A DNA stretch of 64,000 bases from Antedon mediterranea (Eukaryota > Animalia > Echinodermata). Shown in pieces: positions 36,401 through 48,580 of the stretch; position 1 is the first letter of the stretch, and every line of letters starts with the position of its first letter. The stretch spans positions 41,315,609 through 41,379,608 of the forward strand of contig NC_092670.1 in the NCBI RefSeq assembly GCF_964355755.1, read 5' to 3'. The position numbers and the translations under genes were made by a program. The notes under the pieces are model-generated. The model was not told the origin of the DNA and did not search any database. It saw only the letters and a program-made list of their open reading frames with translations.

Positions 36401-39400
36401 CCTCATCAAATTAAGGCAAGAGGGATACTTCATTATATATATAGGGAGCGTGTATACCTCATCAAATTAAGGCAAGAGGGATACTTCATTATATATATAG
36501 GGAGCGTGTATACCTCATCAAATTAAGGCAAGAGGGATACTTCATTATATATATAGGGAGCGTGTATACCTCATCAAATTAAGGCAAGAGGGATACTTCA
36601 TTATATATATAGGGAGCGTGTATACCTCATCAAATTAAGGCAAGAGGGATACTTCATTATATATAGGGAGCGTGTATACCTCATCAAATTAAGGCAAGAG
36701 GGATACTTCATTATATATATAGGGAGCGTGTATACCTCATCAAATTAAGGCAAGAGGGATACTTCATTATATATAGGGAGCGTGTATACCTCATCAAATT
36801 AAGGCAAGAGGGATACTTCATTATATATATAGGGAGCGTGTATACCTCATCAAATTAAGGCAAGAGGGATACTTCATTATATATAGGGAGCGTGTATACT
36901 TCATCGAATTAAGGCAAGAGGGATACTTCATTATATATATAGGGAGCGTGTATACCTCATCAAATTAAGGCAAGAGGGATACTTCATTATATATAGGGAG
37001 CGTGTATACCTCATCGAATTAAGGCAAGAGGGATACTTCATTATATATAGGGAGCGTGTATACCTCATCGAATTAAGGCAAGAGGGATACTTCATTATAT
37101 ATAGGGAGCGTGTATACCTCATCGAATTAAGGCAAGAGGGATACTTCATTATATATATAGGGAGCGTGTATACCTCATCGAATTAAGGCAAGAGGGATAC
37201 TTCATTATATATATAGGGAGCGTGTATACCTCATCAAATTAAGGCAAGAGGGATACTTCATTATATATATAGGGAGCGTGTATACCTCATCAAATTAAGG
37301 CAAGAGGGATACAAATAAATGTTTTTTGAACTCTAAAAAAAAAAAAAAAATACTTCATTATATATATAGGGAGCGTGTATACCTCATCAAATTAAGGCAA
37401 GAGGGATACTTCATTATATATATAGGGAGCGTGTATACCTCATCAAATTAAGGCAAGAGGGATACTTCATTATATATATAGGGAGCGTGTATACTTCATC
37501 AAATTATATATTATATTTTATTCCTTATTTTAATTCCAAAATAAATATTTCAAGGTTGAATACGTACAAGAACTTTGTATTTATAAATATTTAATTGTTA
37601 AAATACTAAATTGAAATTGTTATTTAGATAAATAAAAAAATTAATTTTATTGCCGGAGGAAAACTATATAGGCAATATTGTGTTTTGACAATGACAGTTA
37701 TATTGTCAAATTAATATATTATTATAAGTTAAATGTAATTTTGTACATTTTCAGATAATTTACAACTAAGTTACGTCATTTATTCTAATGGTATGTTGTT
37801 CTCATCACCTACAACATCTGGAGCTACATCAGAGGTGATGAGTCGAGTTTTGTCAGTATCCGTCAAAGACACTGAGGTTACAAATCTTCGCAATCCGATT
37901 GAAATATCATTTGGAATACCACCGGTAGGTTTTAAAAATAAACTCAACATGTATATTATTGTCTCAGTAGATAGAGGAGGCGTGAACATCCTTATATACT
38001 ACATAGAATTAATTCAACCAGAAGAGTCACACCACTCGATATGCGTTACAAATCATATTATCTTCCAGTTATACTATAATCCTTCTTTTATCATTATACA
38101 CGATCCACTATTGATTTGTTGTATAGAATAAGTCCAACTATCAAGTTGCTACATGTGTTTACTGGGACTTTAATTTACAAGATGGTATTGGTGATTGGTC
38201 ATCTGATGGTTGTTTTATGAATGTTACCAATGATAACATCATAACATGTTTTTGCAACCACCTGACTCATTTTTCAGTATTACTCGTAAGTTTCTTTTGT
38301 ATTTTTATATAGGACATGCATTAAACATAAAGCTATTAAGTTTGAAATAGAAAGCCTATATCACTGAATGTTGGCCTCTGTTTGCTGAAATATATTGATG
38401 GATTTATATATATCATTCACGAACCAAATTTTTGGAACGAGCTATATAAAACCAATAATTTTAAATCTCAATACTCTGTTTAAAAAGAAACTAAAAAAAT
38501 GTTCCGATAAACATTTTGATACTGTGAATATTGCATGCTATTGTTTAGATTTTACACCAGTCCCACCCAACTTCAAATTATATTCTCAGTTTCCTGGACG
38601 TTCTGCATTCTAACTCATGAGGACGATCAAAGTATTATATTGATCGAAACGTCGAAAAGCTCAACAGTTCTTCCATGGATTATGTACGGTGTGGTGTAGC
38701 GAAAATTTTATATCAACAATATATACATTTTATTTGTTTCAGATACTATTAAAAAAAATAAATCTGTGATTTTGTTTTAATCAATTTGTTTAGGAATTTA
38801 AACAACGGAATTTAGATCCAGATGTTCAGTTTGTTTTGATTTTAATCAGTAAAGTTGGATGTTTGGTGTCAATTGTTTGCCTCATAGCAACGTTAGTTGC
38901 TTTTCTGTCGTTCAGGTAAGTTATTGCCTTTTATATAGTTCTTATGAAAATATTATGAAACATTCAGTCAGTGGTGGCGCAAGAGGAGTGGAAGAAGCTA
39001 TTGTTGATATTATCTATTTTTTATTATCATCATAATAATCAAGTCTTTAATGCGCACTATTAAAAAGCACGAATATTGAAGCGGTCACCTAACGGGAGGT
39101 GGTGGTGGTGGAGGGAGGTGGGTGCTTTGGTGTAGGTACAAAGTGGCCTTTTTAAACAAGGCCTAGCTTGGCCATTCTGCCTAAAGTCAAAATCGCATTT
39201 GCAGTCTGATTACTCTAATAACCATAGGCCTGAGGTATTTGAACATATTATTCAAATGTACAATTTGAAACTCGCACCCCATACAATATCCGAATTTAAA
39301 CCATAATTAATCTCATGAATTATTCATGATTTATATGTCAGACGTCCAGAAAAATTGGCAGGCAAGAGACATGGCACACTTGATAAGTTCTTATGTGCTT

Positions 39401-40783
39401 CATTTGTCCATGGCTATAGATATAAACAATGCTATTTGTTTTGCACGGACCTATCTCCGGGCATCTTTGAGGAAATACTGGCACAAACATTGACAATTTT
39501 GAGTTTGAGGGTGGGTAAGTGGAAACGTGTTAAGCACCGAGTTTGAGACAGATTATAGACAGTTATCAATAACACTTATTATTACTTTACATAGGCGACT
39601 TCGAAATGAAAGACCACAACGTATACTAATTTCACTTAGTGTATCGTTGCTATGTCTATACATTATGTTCATAATTGGTATTGAGCCAGGAGATGAAAGA
39701 ACTGATAGACAGATGACTAAATGCATGATTTCAGCAACGCTAATTCATTATTTTACTTTGACTTCAATATTCTGGATGGTAGTAGAAGCTGTAAACCTTT
39801 ATTATAACCTAATCAAGGTTTTTAAATCAAAGGTCTCGCTTTTTATGCTCAAAGCAAGTCTTTTTGCATGGGGTAAGTAGCAGTTGTCCTTGTTTATTTG
39901 TTTATATTACAAAGTTGTCTGCTATTTCATAATTCTTAATATTTTTCCAAATGTTGTTATTATCTTAGGTGTACCAGGCATTATTGTTGGTGGAATGGCT
40001 GGATGGGAAACTACAAGAAAAGAGTATATGAATGATCAATAGTAAGTTATTTCGAATTACCGGTTCTCTAACCTACCATTACTGTATTTTCAATAATTCC
40101 TAGTTAATATAACGTTTTACCTGGAATTACCGTCTTCCATATAGACAATTTATTATAATAGTAAGTAATGAAGTACTCAACGCTCAAATGCACCTACTGT
40201 ACCTGCGGTATAAATTCTATATCTATAAGAATGTTTTTATATTTTCAGCTGTTTCATGAAGATTGGATTTTCATTTTACGTAAGCATTGCCTTACCGGTA
40301 GCCGTGTGTCTTCTTTTTAACATCATTGTGTTTATGCGTGTCATGTGCCACCTGTGTCGTCGAACCCGAACACAAAATACGAGCGAAAGTTTCTGGAGAA
40401 ACTTGTCTAAACGAACTCAGAATGCATTCGGAATATCTATATTACTCGGTCTCACATGGATCTTCGGATTTTTGACGTTTGACATTGAGCACGACTACAT
40501 TTTTGACCTTTTTTTTTGTATTTTTAATTCAATGCAGGGCGTATGCGTGTTCATATTTTTTTGTGTTAGGCAGAAAGATGTTCGAATCACATGGAAAAGG
40601 TTTTGCTGTGGCCAAAAGCGAGCATCATATAATGTCGGGTCGTCGTCTGCCAGCAGTACGCGATATACCAACCGCAGTGGGCGCCCGGAAAGTGCAAATA
40701 TTGATCTTTTTGCCAAATCCAACAGTCAAATGAATGGTCGTGTTGCAATGGCCATTTATGATTACAACAACGCTATCTGTTAA
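21436..40783 (+). CDS. Adhesion GPCR (ADGRG-like 7TM) with 2x mucin WxxW/CysD, PTS, EGF, HYR, HormR and GAIN/GPS domains, ~1370 aa
   Basis: Exons: signal peptide 21436-21496 (+23401-23586) or 24681-24732; 28603-28644; 28976-29524 (CWSPWFSDD...CSDYEIRIACPC); 29895-30206 (CWTPWLDD...CADYEIRILCP); 30289-30948 (PTS); 31432-31575 (EGF); 31897-32142 (HYR); 33427-33444; 33522-33623; 33841-33995; 34145-34291; 34467-34602; 35460-35678; 37755-37924; 38127-38285 (CVYWDF...WSSDGC...CFCNHLTHFSVLL); 38794-38915; 39595-39872; 39969-40041; 40249-40783 (LLGLTWIFG...FCIFNSMQG). All junctions are phase-consistent. The 5' exons are less certain. Confidence 0.92.
26336..26730. mobile_element. Foldback / composite MITE forming a ~370-bp palindrome
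   Basis: 26336-26503 is the reverse complement of ~26539-26704 (GCCTGTTTTCCTGTCGACG...CGTCGACAGGAAACAGGC). Extra terminus copies sit in the spacer and at ~26708-26731. Confidence 0.8.
27783..28474. repeat. Minisatellite, ~136-bp unit, ~5 copies
   Basis: ATATGATACAATAAGTAGAC at 27801, 27937... in an aGPCR intron. Confidence 0.95.
30484..30767 (+). repeat. In-frame internal duplication (150-nt period) in the PTS exon
   Basis: TTSKEPIQIS(E/A)TY(R/K)STPFKTSINPSISTDTIVELTNVIGSTSQP occurs twice. Confidence 0.92.
32374..32631. repeat. Minisatellite, 60-bp unit, ~4.3 copies
   Basis: TGTCAATTCTTAAGACC...GTTTAAGT aligns across successive 60-nt lines. Confidence 0.96.
34828..35387 (+). mobile_element. 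Helentron-associated non-autonomous element (HINE/DINE-like)
   Basis: SubTIRs ACCTCCGCC (34836-34844) and GGCGGAGGT (35353-35361), a 5' GT-rich microsatellite, internal AAGGTCA motifs, and a 3' short hairpin followed by CTAGT. Confidence 0.75.
35202..35270 (-). pseudogene. Degenerate tRNA-like sequence (Glu-like) / SINE head inside the HINE
   Basis: Minus strand reads TGGTGTAATGGTTA (A box)...CTCTCAC...GGTTCAATTCC (B box). The acceptor stem pairs poorly. Confidence 0.55.
35859..37505. repeat. Minisatellite, 54/56-bp unit, ~29 copies
   Basis: AATTAAGGCAAGAGGGATACTTCATTATATAT(AT)AGGGAGCGTGTATACCTCATC. Interrupted at ~37312-37350 by an A-rich insert. Confidence 0.97.
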
Positions 40784-40922
40784 TATTTTAAACATTCATG
40801 TTAAATTGCATGTGTACAAATTAGATAATTATAATAACTTACAAAAATGATGCATTTAATAGCATAATTGTACAATTTTTACATTTTGAAATAACTAATT
40901 GAAATTTCAACACTATGAATAT

Positions 40923-41294
40923 TCACAATTATCATAGATGAGATCAAATTGTTCGTTAATGGGGGAGGCGGGATGATTACTTATTGGGATAGGCCTACTC
41001 CCGCGATAATCGGAAGACTGGGGTGGTCTGCAAATAGGCAGTACGAATAATCACAATTATCATGGATGGTAACATCCGTTAATGGGGTGGCTTGATGACT
41101 TATTGGGATACTCCCGCGATTATCGGAAGACTGGGGTGGTCTGCAAATAGGCAGTACGAATAATCACAATTATCATGGATGGTAACATCCGTTAATGGGG
41201 TGGCTTGATGACTTATTGGGATACTCCCGCGATTATCGGAAGACTGGGGTGGTCTGCAAATAGGCAGTACGAATAATCACAATTATCATGGATG
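40923..41294. repeat. Tandem repeat, 113-bp unit, ~3 copies
   Basis: TCACAATTATCAT at ~40924, 41051, 41164 and 41277. Confidence 0.93.
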
Positions 41295-41364
41295 AGGTTG
41301 GTTTATTCAAGTTTTGGGTAAGATAAACAAACGCGGATACTTGTTGTTTTTATACTACCAATGT

Positions 41365-43505
41365 ACGTATTTGGTATACTTTTGTTTTTAAACTATCCTT
41401 GTATGTATTTGGTATACTTTTGTTTTAAAACTACCAATACTACTTTTTTTTTTTTTTTTTTTTTTTTTAATCTTTATACTGGGTGACCTCTTCAGTCAAA
41501 GACTGATCTCCCAGAGGGCCCAGTTGGTGATCAGTGGCTGTGATGTACTAATACACCGGGGTAACCACCTACTCGTCTCGAAAGATGTACTAGGTTCTTT
41601 AAAGTGCACACGAGCAAGTTCTGTACACTGGACCTACGGTTTATAGTCCTTATCCGAGAAGACTCGTTCTACCACCAGAACCATGGAGTGAGTGAGCCTC
41701 GAACCTCTGCCGATGTTATGGCTACGTGATTACGGTTCCACTGTCTTAACCGCTCGGCCACTTACTCACTTTTGTATGTATTTGGTATACTTTTGTTTTA
41801 AAACTACCAATACTACTTTTGTATTTATTTGGTATACTTTTGTTTTAAAACTACCAATACTACTGTTGTATGTATTTGGTATACTTTTGTTTTAAAACTA
41901 CAAATACTACTTTTGTATTTATTTGGTATACTTTTGTTTCAAAACTACCAATACTACTGTTGTATTTATTTGGTATACTTTTGTTTTAAAACTACCAATA
42001 CTACTGTTGTATTTATTTGGTATACTTTTGTTTTAAAACTACCAATACTACTTTTGAATTATTTTGGTATACTTTTGTTTTAAAACTACCAATACTACTG
42101 TTGTATGTATTTGGTATACTTTTGTTTTAAAACTACCAATACTACTGTTGTATTTATTTGGTATACTTTTGTTTCAAAACTACCAATACTACTTTTGTAT
42201 TTATTTGGTATACTTTTGTTTTAAAACTACCAATACTACTGTTGTATTTATTTGGTATACTTTTGTTTCAAAACTACCAATACTACTGTTGTATTTATTT
42301 GGTATACTTTTGTTTTAAAACTACCAATACTACTGTTGTATTTATTTGGTATACTTTTGTTTTAAAACTACCAATACTACTTTTGTATGTATTTGGTATA
42401 CTTTTGTTTCAAAACTACCAATACTACTTTTGTATTTTTGGTATACTTTTGTTTTAGAACTACCAATACTACTTTTGTATTTATTTGGTATACTTTTGTT
42501 TCAAAACTACCAATACTACTTTTGTATGTATTTGGTATACTTTTGTTTTAAAACTACCAATACTACTTTTGTATTTATTTGGTATACTTTTGTTTCAAAA
42601 CTACCAATACTACTTTTGTATTTTTGGTATACTTTTGTTTTAAAACTACCAATACTACTTTTGTATTTATTTGGTATACTTTTGTTTTAAAACTACCAAT
42701 ACTATTTTTGTATGTATTTGGTATACATTTATTTTAAAACTACCAATACTACTGTTGTATGTATTTGGTATACCTTTGTTTTAAAACTACCAATACTACT
42801 TTTGTATTTTTGGTATACTTTTGTTTTAAAACTACCAATACTACTTTTGTATTTTTGGTATACTTTTGTTTTAAAACTACCAATACTACTTTTGTATTTA
42901 TTTGGTATACTTTTGTTTCAAAACTACCAATACTACTTTTGTATTTTTGGTATACTTTTGTTTTAAAACTACCAATACTACTTTTGTATTTATTTGGTAT
43001 ACTTTTGTTTTAAAACTACCAATACTACTTTTGAATTTATTTGGTATACTTTTGTTTTAAAACTACCAATACTACTTTTGTATTTATTTGGTATACTTTT
43101 GTTTTAAAACTACCAATACTACTTTTGTATTTTTGGTATACTTTTGTTTTAAAACTACCAATACTACTTTTGTATTTATTTGGTATACTTTTGTTTTAAA
43201 ACTACCAATACTACTTTTGTATTTATTTGGTATACTTTTGTTTTAAAACTACCAATACTACTTTTGTATTTTTGGTATACTTTTGTTTTAGAACTACCAA
43301 TACTACTTTTGTATTTATTTGGTATACTTTTATTTTATACTACTCTGTTGTACGTATTTTATATACTTTTTGTTTTTATACTACTCTGTTGTACGTATTT
43401 TATATACTTTTTGTTTTTATACTACTCTGTTGTACGTATTTTATATACTTCTTGTTTTTATACTACTCTGTTGTACGTATTTTATATACTTCTTGTTTTT
43501 ATACT
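41365..43505. repeat. AT-rich minisatellite (47/43-bp unit, ~41-bp variant after 43330)
   Basis: GTATTTATTTGGTATACTTTTGTTTTAAAACTACCAATACTACTTTT repeated. It is the source of the spurious ORFs at 41829-43533. Confidence 0.96.
41444..41769 (-). mobile_element. Full-length tRNA-derived SINE with Deu/Nin-type core and poly(A) tail
   Basis: Minus strand: A box TGGCCGAGCGG, B box GGTTCGAGGC, core TCTCGGATAAGGACTATAAACCGTAGGTCC...TTTAAAGAACC...CCCCGGTGT, and an A25 tail (T-run 41444-41468). Confidence 0.88.
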
Positions 43506-44758
43506 AACAATACACTGTAATTGTTTAATTTGATTGTGCAATAAACAGTCAATCTTTAAGTAATATGTGGATTTGTTCGGTTTGTTTTTAAATTAAGATA
43601 ACCATAAGCGAATTAATTTATATTGTTTCCCAAGGGTGACATTTCTGTTTACAGGACAAACATACGGGAACGGCGACGACGACAAAACTAATAATTAGAT
43701 TTGAACTTTTCACGGTGACAAGTTAGGCTATTTCGCGCGCAACGCATCGTAACATGCACATGTTATTTATTAGGCTTAATCTACTACAATAGGCTGCACT
43801 ACAACGATTGTACAAACAGCCTAGCATCGATCAAAACCGGTCAACAGGTATTGGTATTGTAAACGGTTTAGTTGATGGTTAGTTTTTATTTTACACCACT
43901 TACGTTCATTCAATTCTAAACATGTAGGCTAACCTAGCAAACCAAGACTATTAAAACGTTCAGAGTTAAAACCCGTTGTCTTACGCCGGTATGATAAATG
44001 TGACAAAATCAGCGGGTGATACAGCATGGGATGGAAACGGAGAGAATAAGAGGGTGTTGCCACTAATGAATGTGGCAACATACGTGGATTATAAACCGGG
44101 ACGGGAGAACAGTTAGTTAGAAGGCGTTGTCAGTGTGACACAAATGGAATCGGCGAGTGATACATACAAACAGGTACGGGACACTGTTAGCAGACCTGTA
44201 ATCAGGGAGGGTTTTATAGTTCAGGCGAATCCCCAATCAACTGCGAACCCCAATCCCCTACCCTCAACCCATCTCTGACGATTCTCCAAATGCGTTCCCC
44301 ATGGTACCAAAGGTTATTCATAAATTGAAAAATTCGTAAACACGACGGTGAACATAACTTGTACCTTCTTCCCGTATGAGCGTACGTCGATACGTGTCTG
44401 TAAACTTCTAAGTGTTGCGAATTACTTTCCGATTTTCGATCGGCTGAAAAATATACGCATTTTGGTCCCTGGAAGTAGAATGATTATATATTATACCGCA
44501 GTACAGCGAGCTGTGCCATGAACGATTCGTACAATAGGACACTACCTACCTTTGTAGATCGTTGACGTACGTCAACAAATGGAACGCCGCGGTTATATTA
44601 TTTTGTACAATTTAGACGATTTAAACTTATATACTCAGGAAAATATATTATGTAGAAGATAAGCAATGCTTAATGAATGTAAATATTATAAATAACTAAG
44701 TGACTTCAAAGTAAACTTGTCCTCTTATCCGTTCCATCCCGTGAGCATCACTAGGCTA

Positions 44759-47700
44759 TAGTGTAGGCCACTATGTAATTTTGTGGCATTTTTTTTGTTA
44801 AAAGCAAAATTCCAGCTGATTTAGTGTCTTTAGGATGTAAAGTAATAAAAAAAATATGTTGCCATTTTTTAAAAAAAGCTTAAGGGTGTCAAATCCAAGA
44901 TGGCCGCCAATACGTAAAATATCCAATAAATGTACCATATTGGACAAAGTAGCACCCATTATGAATAATATTTTAAGTTAAACTTAATGCCTTATGGGTT
45001 CTCTGCTATATAAAAATTATTATAAACCTATATTCACCTATATAGACATTTTGAATTTCAAAATGGCCGCCATTTTAAAAAAATGGAATAAATTTCTTAT
45101 TAAAACATGTGCACGTTATGACGTTGATTGACATCACATAAAATGATAGGCCTATGACAACAACATGGTTAATTACACAAAATGGTGGCCATTGTGAATT
45201 CCAATTCCAAAATGGGCGCCATTTTTTAAAAAGGGGTTAAATTTCTTATTAAAACGTGTGTAAGTTAAATTAAATTAGATTGAAATGACACAAAATGATG
45301 TGCCTAATGACAACAACATGGTGATTAACACAAAATGATGACCATCAGGAGGTCTACAGTATAGTACACTTCTTCATATTAAAACATCTCATAAACTTCT
45401 TCAGTTAAATGACAATTAACTCTGCCAAATGAAATATTTCTAATCAGTGAGCTGTCTTAAATGCGATATAGTAAGTTGACCTTCATTCGTTCTCTACTAT
45501 TGTATCCATCAAATTTCAACAGACTTATCTGTGATCCCAACAAGCTTGTTCAGAAACAAATCAGCAACAGTACTGCAATACCTCATTTCACCCCCAACTC
45601 ATACTTTCTTATATACAGTACTGTACCAGCTGACTATGTGATACGACAAAGAATCTCTATAGGAGTCCTCTTTTACTTTGATAAGTTTGTCACCTGTATT
45701 CACCGTCATATATATTTTTTGCCAATATTAGTCCTTTTCTTAGGATCCCATATAGACAGTTTGCCTTCTACAAAACTTTTACCAATGCCTCAAACATTTT
45801 CTGTCCAATGTCATCATGCCATGGCCAACAAACACCTCTGTGAGAATTGCAGCATTCTATTAATCAAGATATCATCTCTCTTTAAATGTTGGCTTTCAAA
45901 CTCATCAACTAGATTTGCCAGCTCTGATGAAATAATTAATTTGTGTTATTCCAATGATATCATGCTCAATGACCTTGATCAATTGATGTAAATCCAGCAA
46001 GTCCCTTTGTCCTGGATACATGTCGTCTCATAAACTCCAATATCAGTAATCTGTTGAAAGTGATACAGCGGAAGTAACCGGCCATAGTTCAGGTGGTCAT
46101 GAGCAAAGAAATATTGCATGTGTACTTTCCATGTGTGCAGATATCGTTGTCTTGTGTCTCTGACATATATAGGGATAGTTTAACAACATCATTTAGATTT
46201 CGACGACTCTCTGTATTCAAGTTAATATATTTATGATCAGCGTTTTTCAAACAAAATGATACGTCACTTAGAATCTTTTTCTCTGTCTGCATTTTTTCTA
46301 GAAAAGTGTCAGAAGTTGTAGAGAGAAAGCAGAGTTAGTATGTGCTTATGTGACATCCTTTAGAGATGTTTTCCATTTAAGATATTTGTGTCACTGTTGT
46401 ATAGGTAATACAAGTTCAGTTTCAACAAAAGCACTGGCCTCAACACTATTTTCACAATGCACATGTCAAAAAGCCATATAATTCACCAGGTCGAAATAAG
46501 AATTGCTTCTTGATGTCATCGATATCCACCTCCACTAATCTCGGGCAAGAGTCATCACCAGGCATTATCATGTCTTTCCCTAGTACATGAGTTTTTATAC
46601 CACACCCATTTGCACTCATCAAACCAGTGTATAATGGTGGTCATCAGTTGAGATTGTAGAAGATGAGAAATGGGAGTTAATGCTGCCTATGAAGCTTGTG
46701 AATGAGCTGTATCTTTCCTTCAAGCTTCTGCCAAAAGTTGACAGGTTGAAAACTTACCAACCATACTGGTGACTATGGTCCTGAAGGTTCAGATATTGAA
46801 TTACATGGCAATAACGCATTCATTATTTAACACCATATATATACAGGATTTCACAATCTATATAATAAGTGAGAGAGTTTGTACGTTTGTTTGTTTGTTA
46901 TACAAATGCACATAACTTTACATATTGGGTTCAAATGACCAGAATTGTACTGGGAAAGTTCTAAACTACATTTGAACATCATCCGCCATCTAGGATCCAA
47001 GTTAAGCTTGGTTCCCACTAGGACGCAACGCAAGGACGTAGATGCAACGCAAACCAGTTGACCAATGACAAGCGACTGTCAAATAAATCCATCGCTTGTG
47101 ACTGGTCAAATGCCTTACGTTGCGGTACGTCGTTGTGTTGCGTCTTTAGTGGGAACCAATCATTAGGGGCCAAAATGTGGTCAAAATGGCCCACTTTTTC
47201 TCACTTTCGATGTTTGTTCTGTTTTAGCACGTAAATTGACCGCAATTGTACCGGGAATTTAATTTTGCTTAGGCTAGGGGTAGTAGGCTATCACATTGAC
47301 CAGATCTGTGTGGTAGGAAATTGTTTTAATAATTTTAATTAGCCCTGGGAAGGCAGTGGGGATGTAGGCCGGTCACCATGACCGAAACTGCTGTACTGGG
47401 AATGTTTTAAACTACATCTGAAAACTGGCCCTGAGAGATTATGAGTTGGTAGTGATGGCTAACATAATTTGTACTGGAAACGTCTTAAACACAATCACCT
47501 AGTATCTGAGATGTGTTGGGAGGGAGGAAGAGGGGCGGAAATACTGGCGGAAATACTGACGTAATGAAATATAACGTGACTGGAATTGTACTAGGAAAAG
47601 TTACTACATTTGAACTGTCCATGGGAGGAGTTAGGTTTGTTATTGTGGCTGGGATGGTGATAAGAAAAAGAAGGCTGTGGCCGCAGTATCTTATTATATT

Positions 47701-48580
47701 ATATATATCAGCCAATATGACACCTATTCATTTACACAGTTTACAACGTACTTAAAACATAGGCCTATCACAGCTATGTACACCCCTACCCCTAAAGTTG
47801 CATTGAAATTTGTCCTGGGAAGAATTTGTTTTTAAAAAAGAGTGTGGGATGTTATTGGAGGTTGGTGAGTATAGGGAGACACCTGGTTCTGAGAAGGCTT
47901 TAAACTAATTTAGAAACCCACCCTGGGGTGGGTATAATTGCTAGTAAGGTATAAATACACTTGTTTTATATTGTGGTCTTGTCTAAGAAAGTTTTACTTT
48001 TATGAAAAGAAATGAGATCTATAATTTAGATTTAGAAGTTATTGTTGCTGAATATTTGATATCAATGTAAGTTGTTCCATACTTTTGCAACTCCAACTTT
48101 GAACGATTAGGTAATTCAAGAGTCGTAGTATAGGGGTATTATATATTTATTATATAGAGAACATTGACCACTTTAGACAGCCTAATATTTAGACAATGCT
48201 ATGAGAAGTGACTATTTTAGAACATTGTGTACAAACAACAAAAATCATTTAAAGAATTAAATATTTAGTGGCGGCAATTTTGAAATCTAAGATGGCCAAC
48301 AGATTATCGCTTTACATAGTTAAGATTGTATAATGGGTAATACCATAAAAACGGACTTGTTCCACATTCATAATTTGCATTATTGGTGATATTCTGGTTT
48401 TAAATAGGGTTATTTGAATGTTGCCGACCATCTTGAATTTGGTCCTTAAAATTTCTTTAAAAAAATGGCAACATATTTTTTTTCATTCCTTATATTATCA
48501 AGATATGAAATAAAGTCAAAGTTTGCTTTTAACAAAAAATATACACGACATTCATATAAACGACATACCGGCCTACACTA
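44759..48580 (-). mobile_element. Academ-like DNA transposon, decayed, with TIRs and 3-bp TSD
   Basis: Termini TAGTGTAGGCC (44759) and GGCCTACACTA (48580). Imperfect TIRs of ~160 bp share TTTTTTGTTAAAAGCAAA, AAAAAAATATGTTGCCATTTTTT and CAAGATGG. CTA is duplicated on both flanks. Minus-strand transposase relics: MQYFFAHDHLNYGRLLPLY (~46119-46063), SELANLVDEFE, KLSIWDPKKK, GDKLIKVKED. Confidence 0.85.
47005..47162. mobile_element. PIF/Harbinger-type MITE nested in the Academ element
   Basis: TIR TTGGTTCCCACTA / TAGTGGGAACCAA, TTA on both sides (47002-47004 and 47163-47165), and an internally palindromic body. Confidence 0.78.

Noticed and set aside
36159-37149. MKYPSCLNS repeat ORFs
   Set aside because: They derive from runs of 54-bp units in an intronic minisatellite.
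41692-43533. Hydrophobic repetitive ORFs
   Set aside because: These are translations of the 47/43-bp AT-rich satellite.
45461-45991. 176-aa plus-strand ORF
   Set aside because: It is the antisense shadow of the decayed minus-strand Academ transposase and has no recognisable motif.
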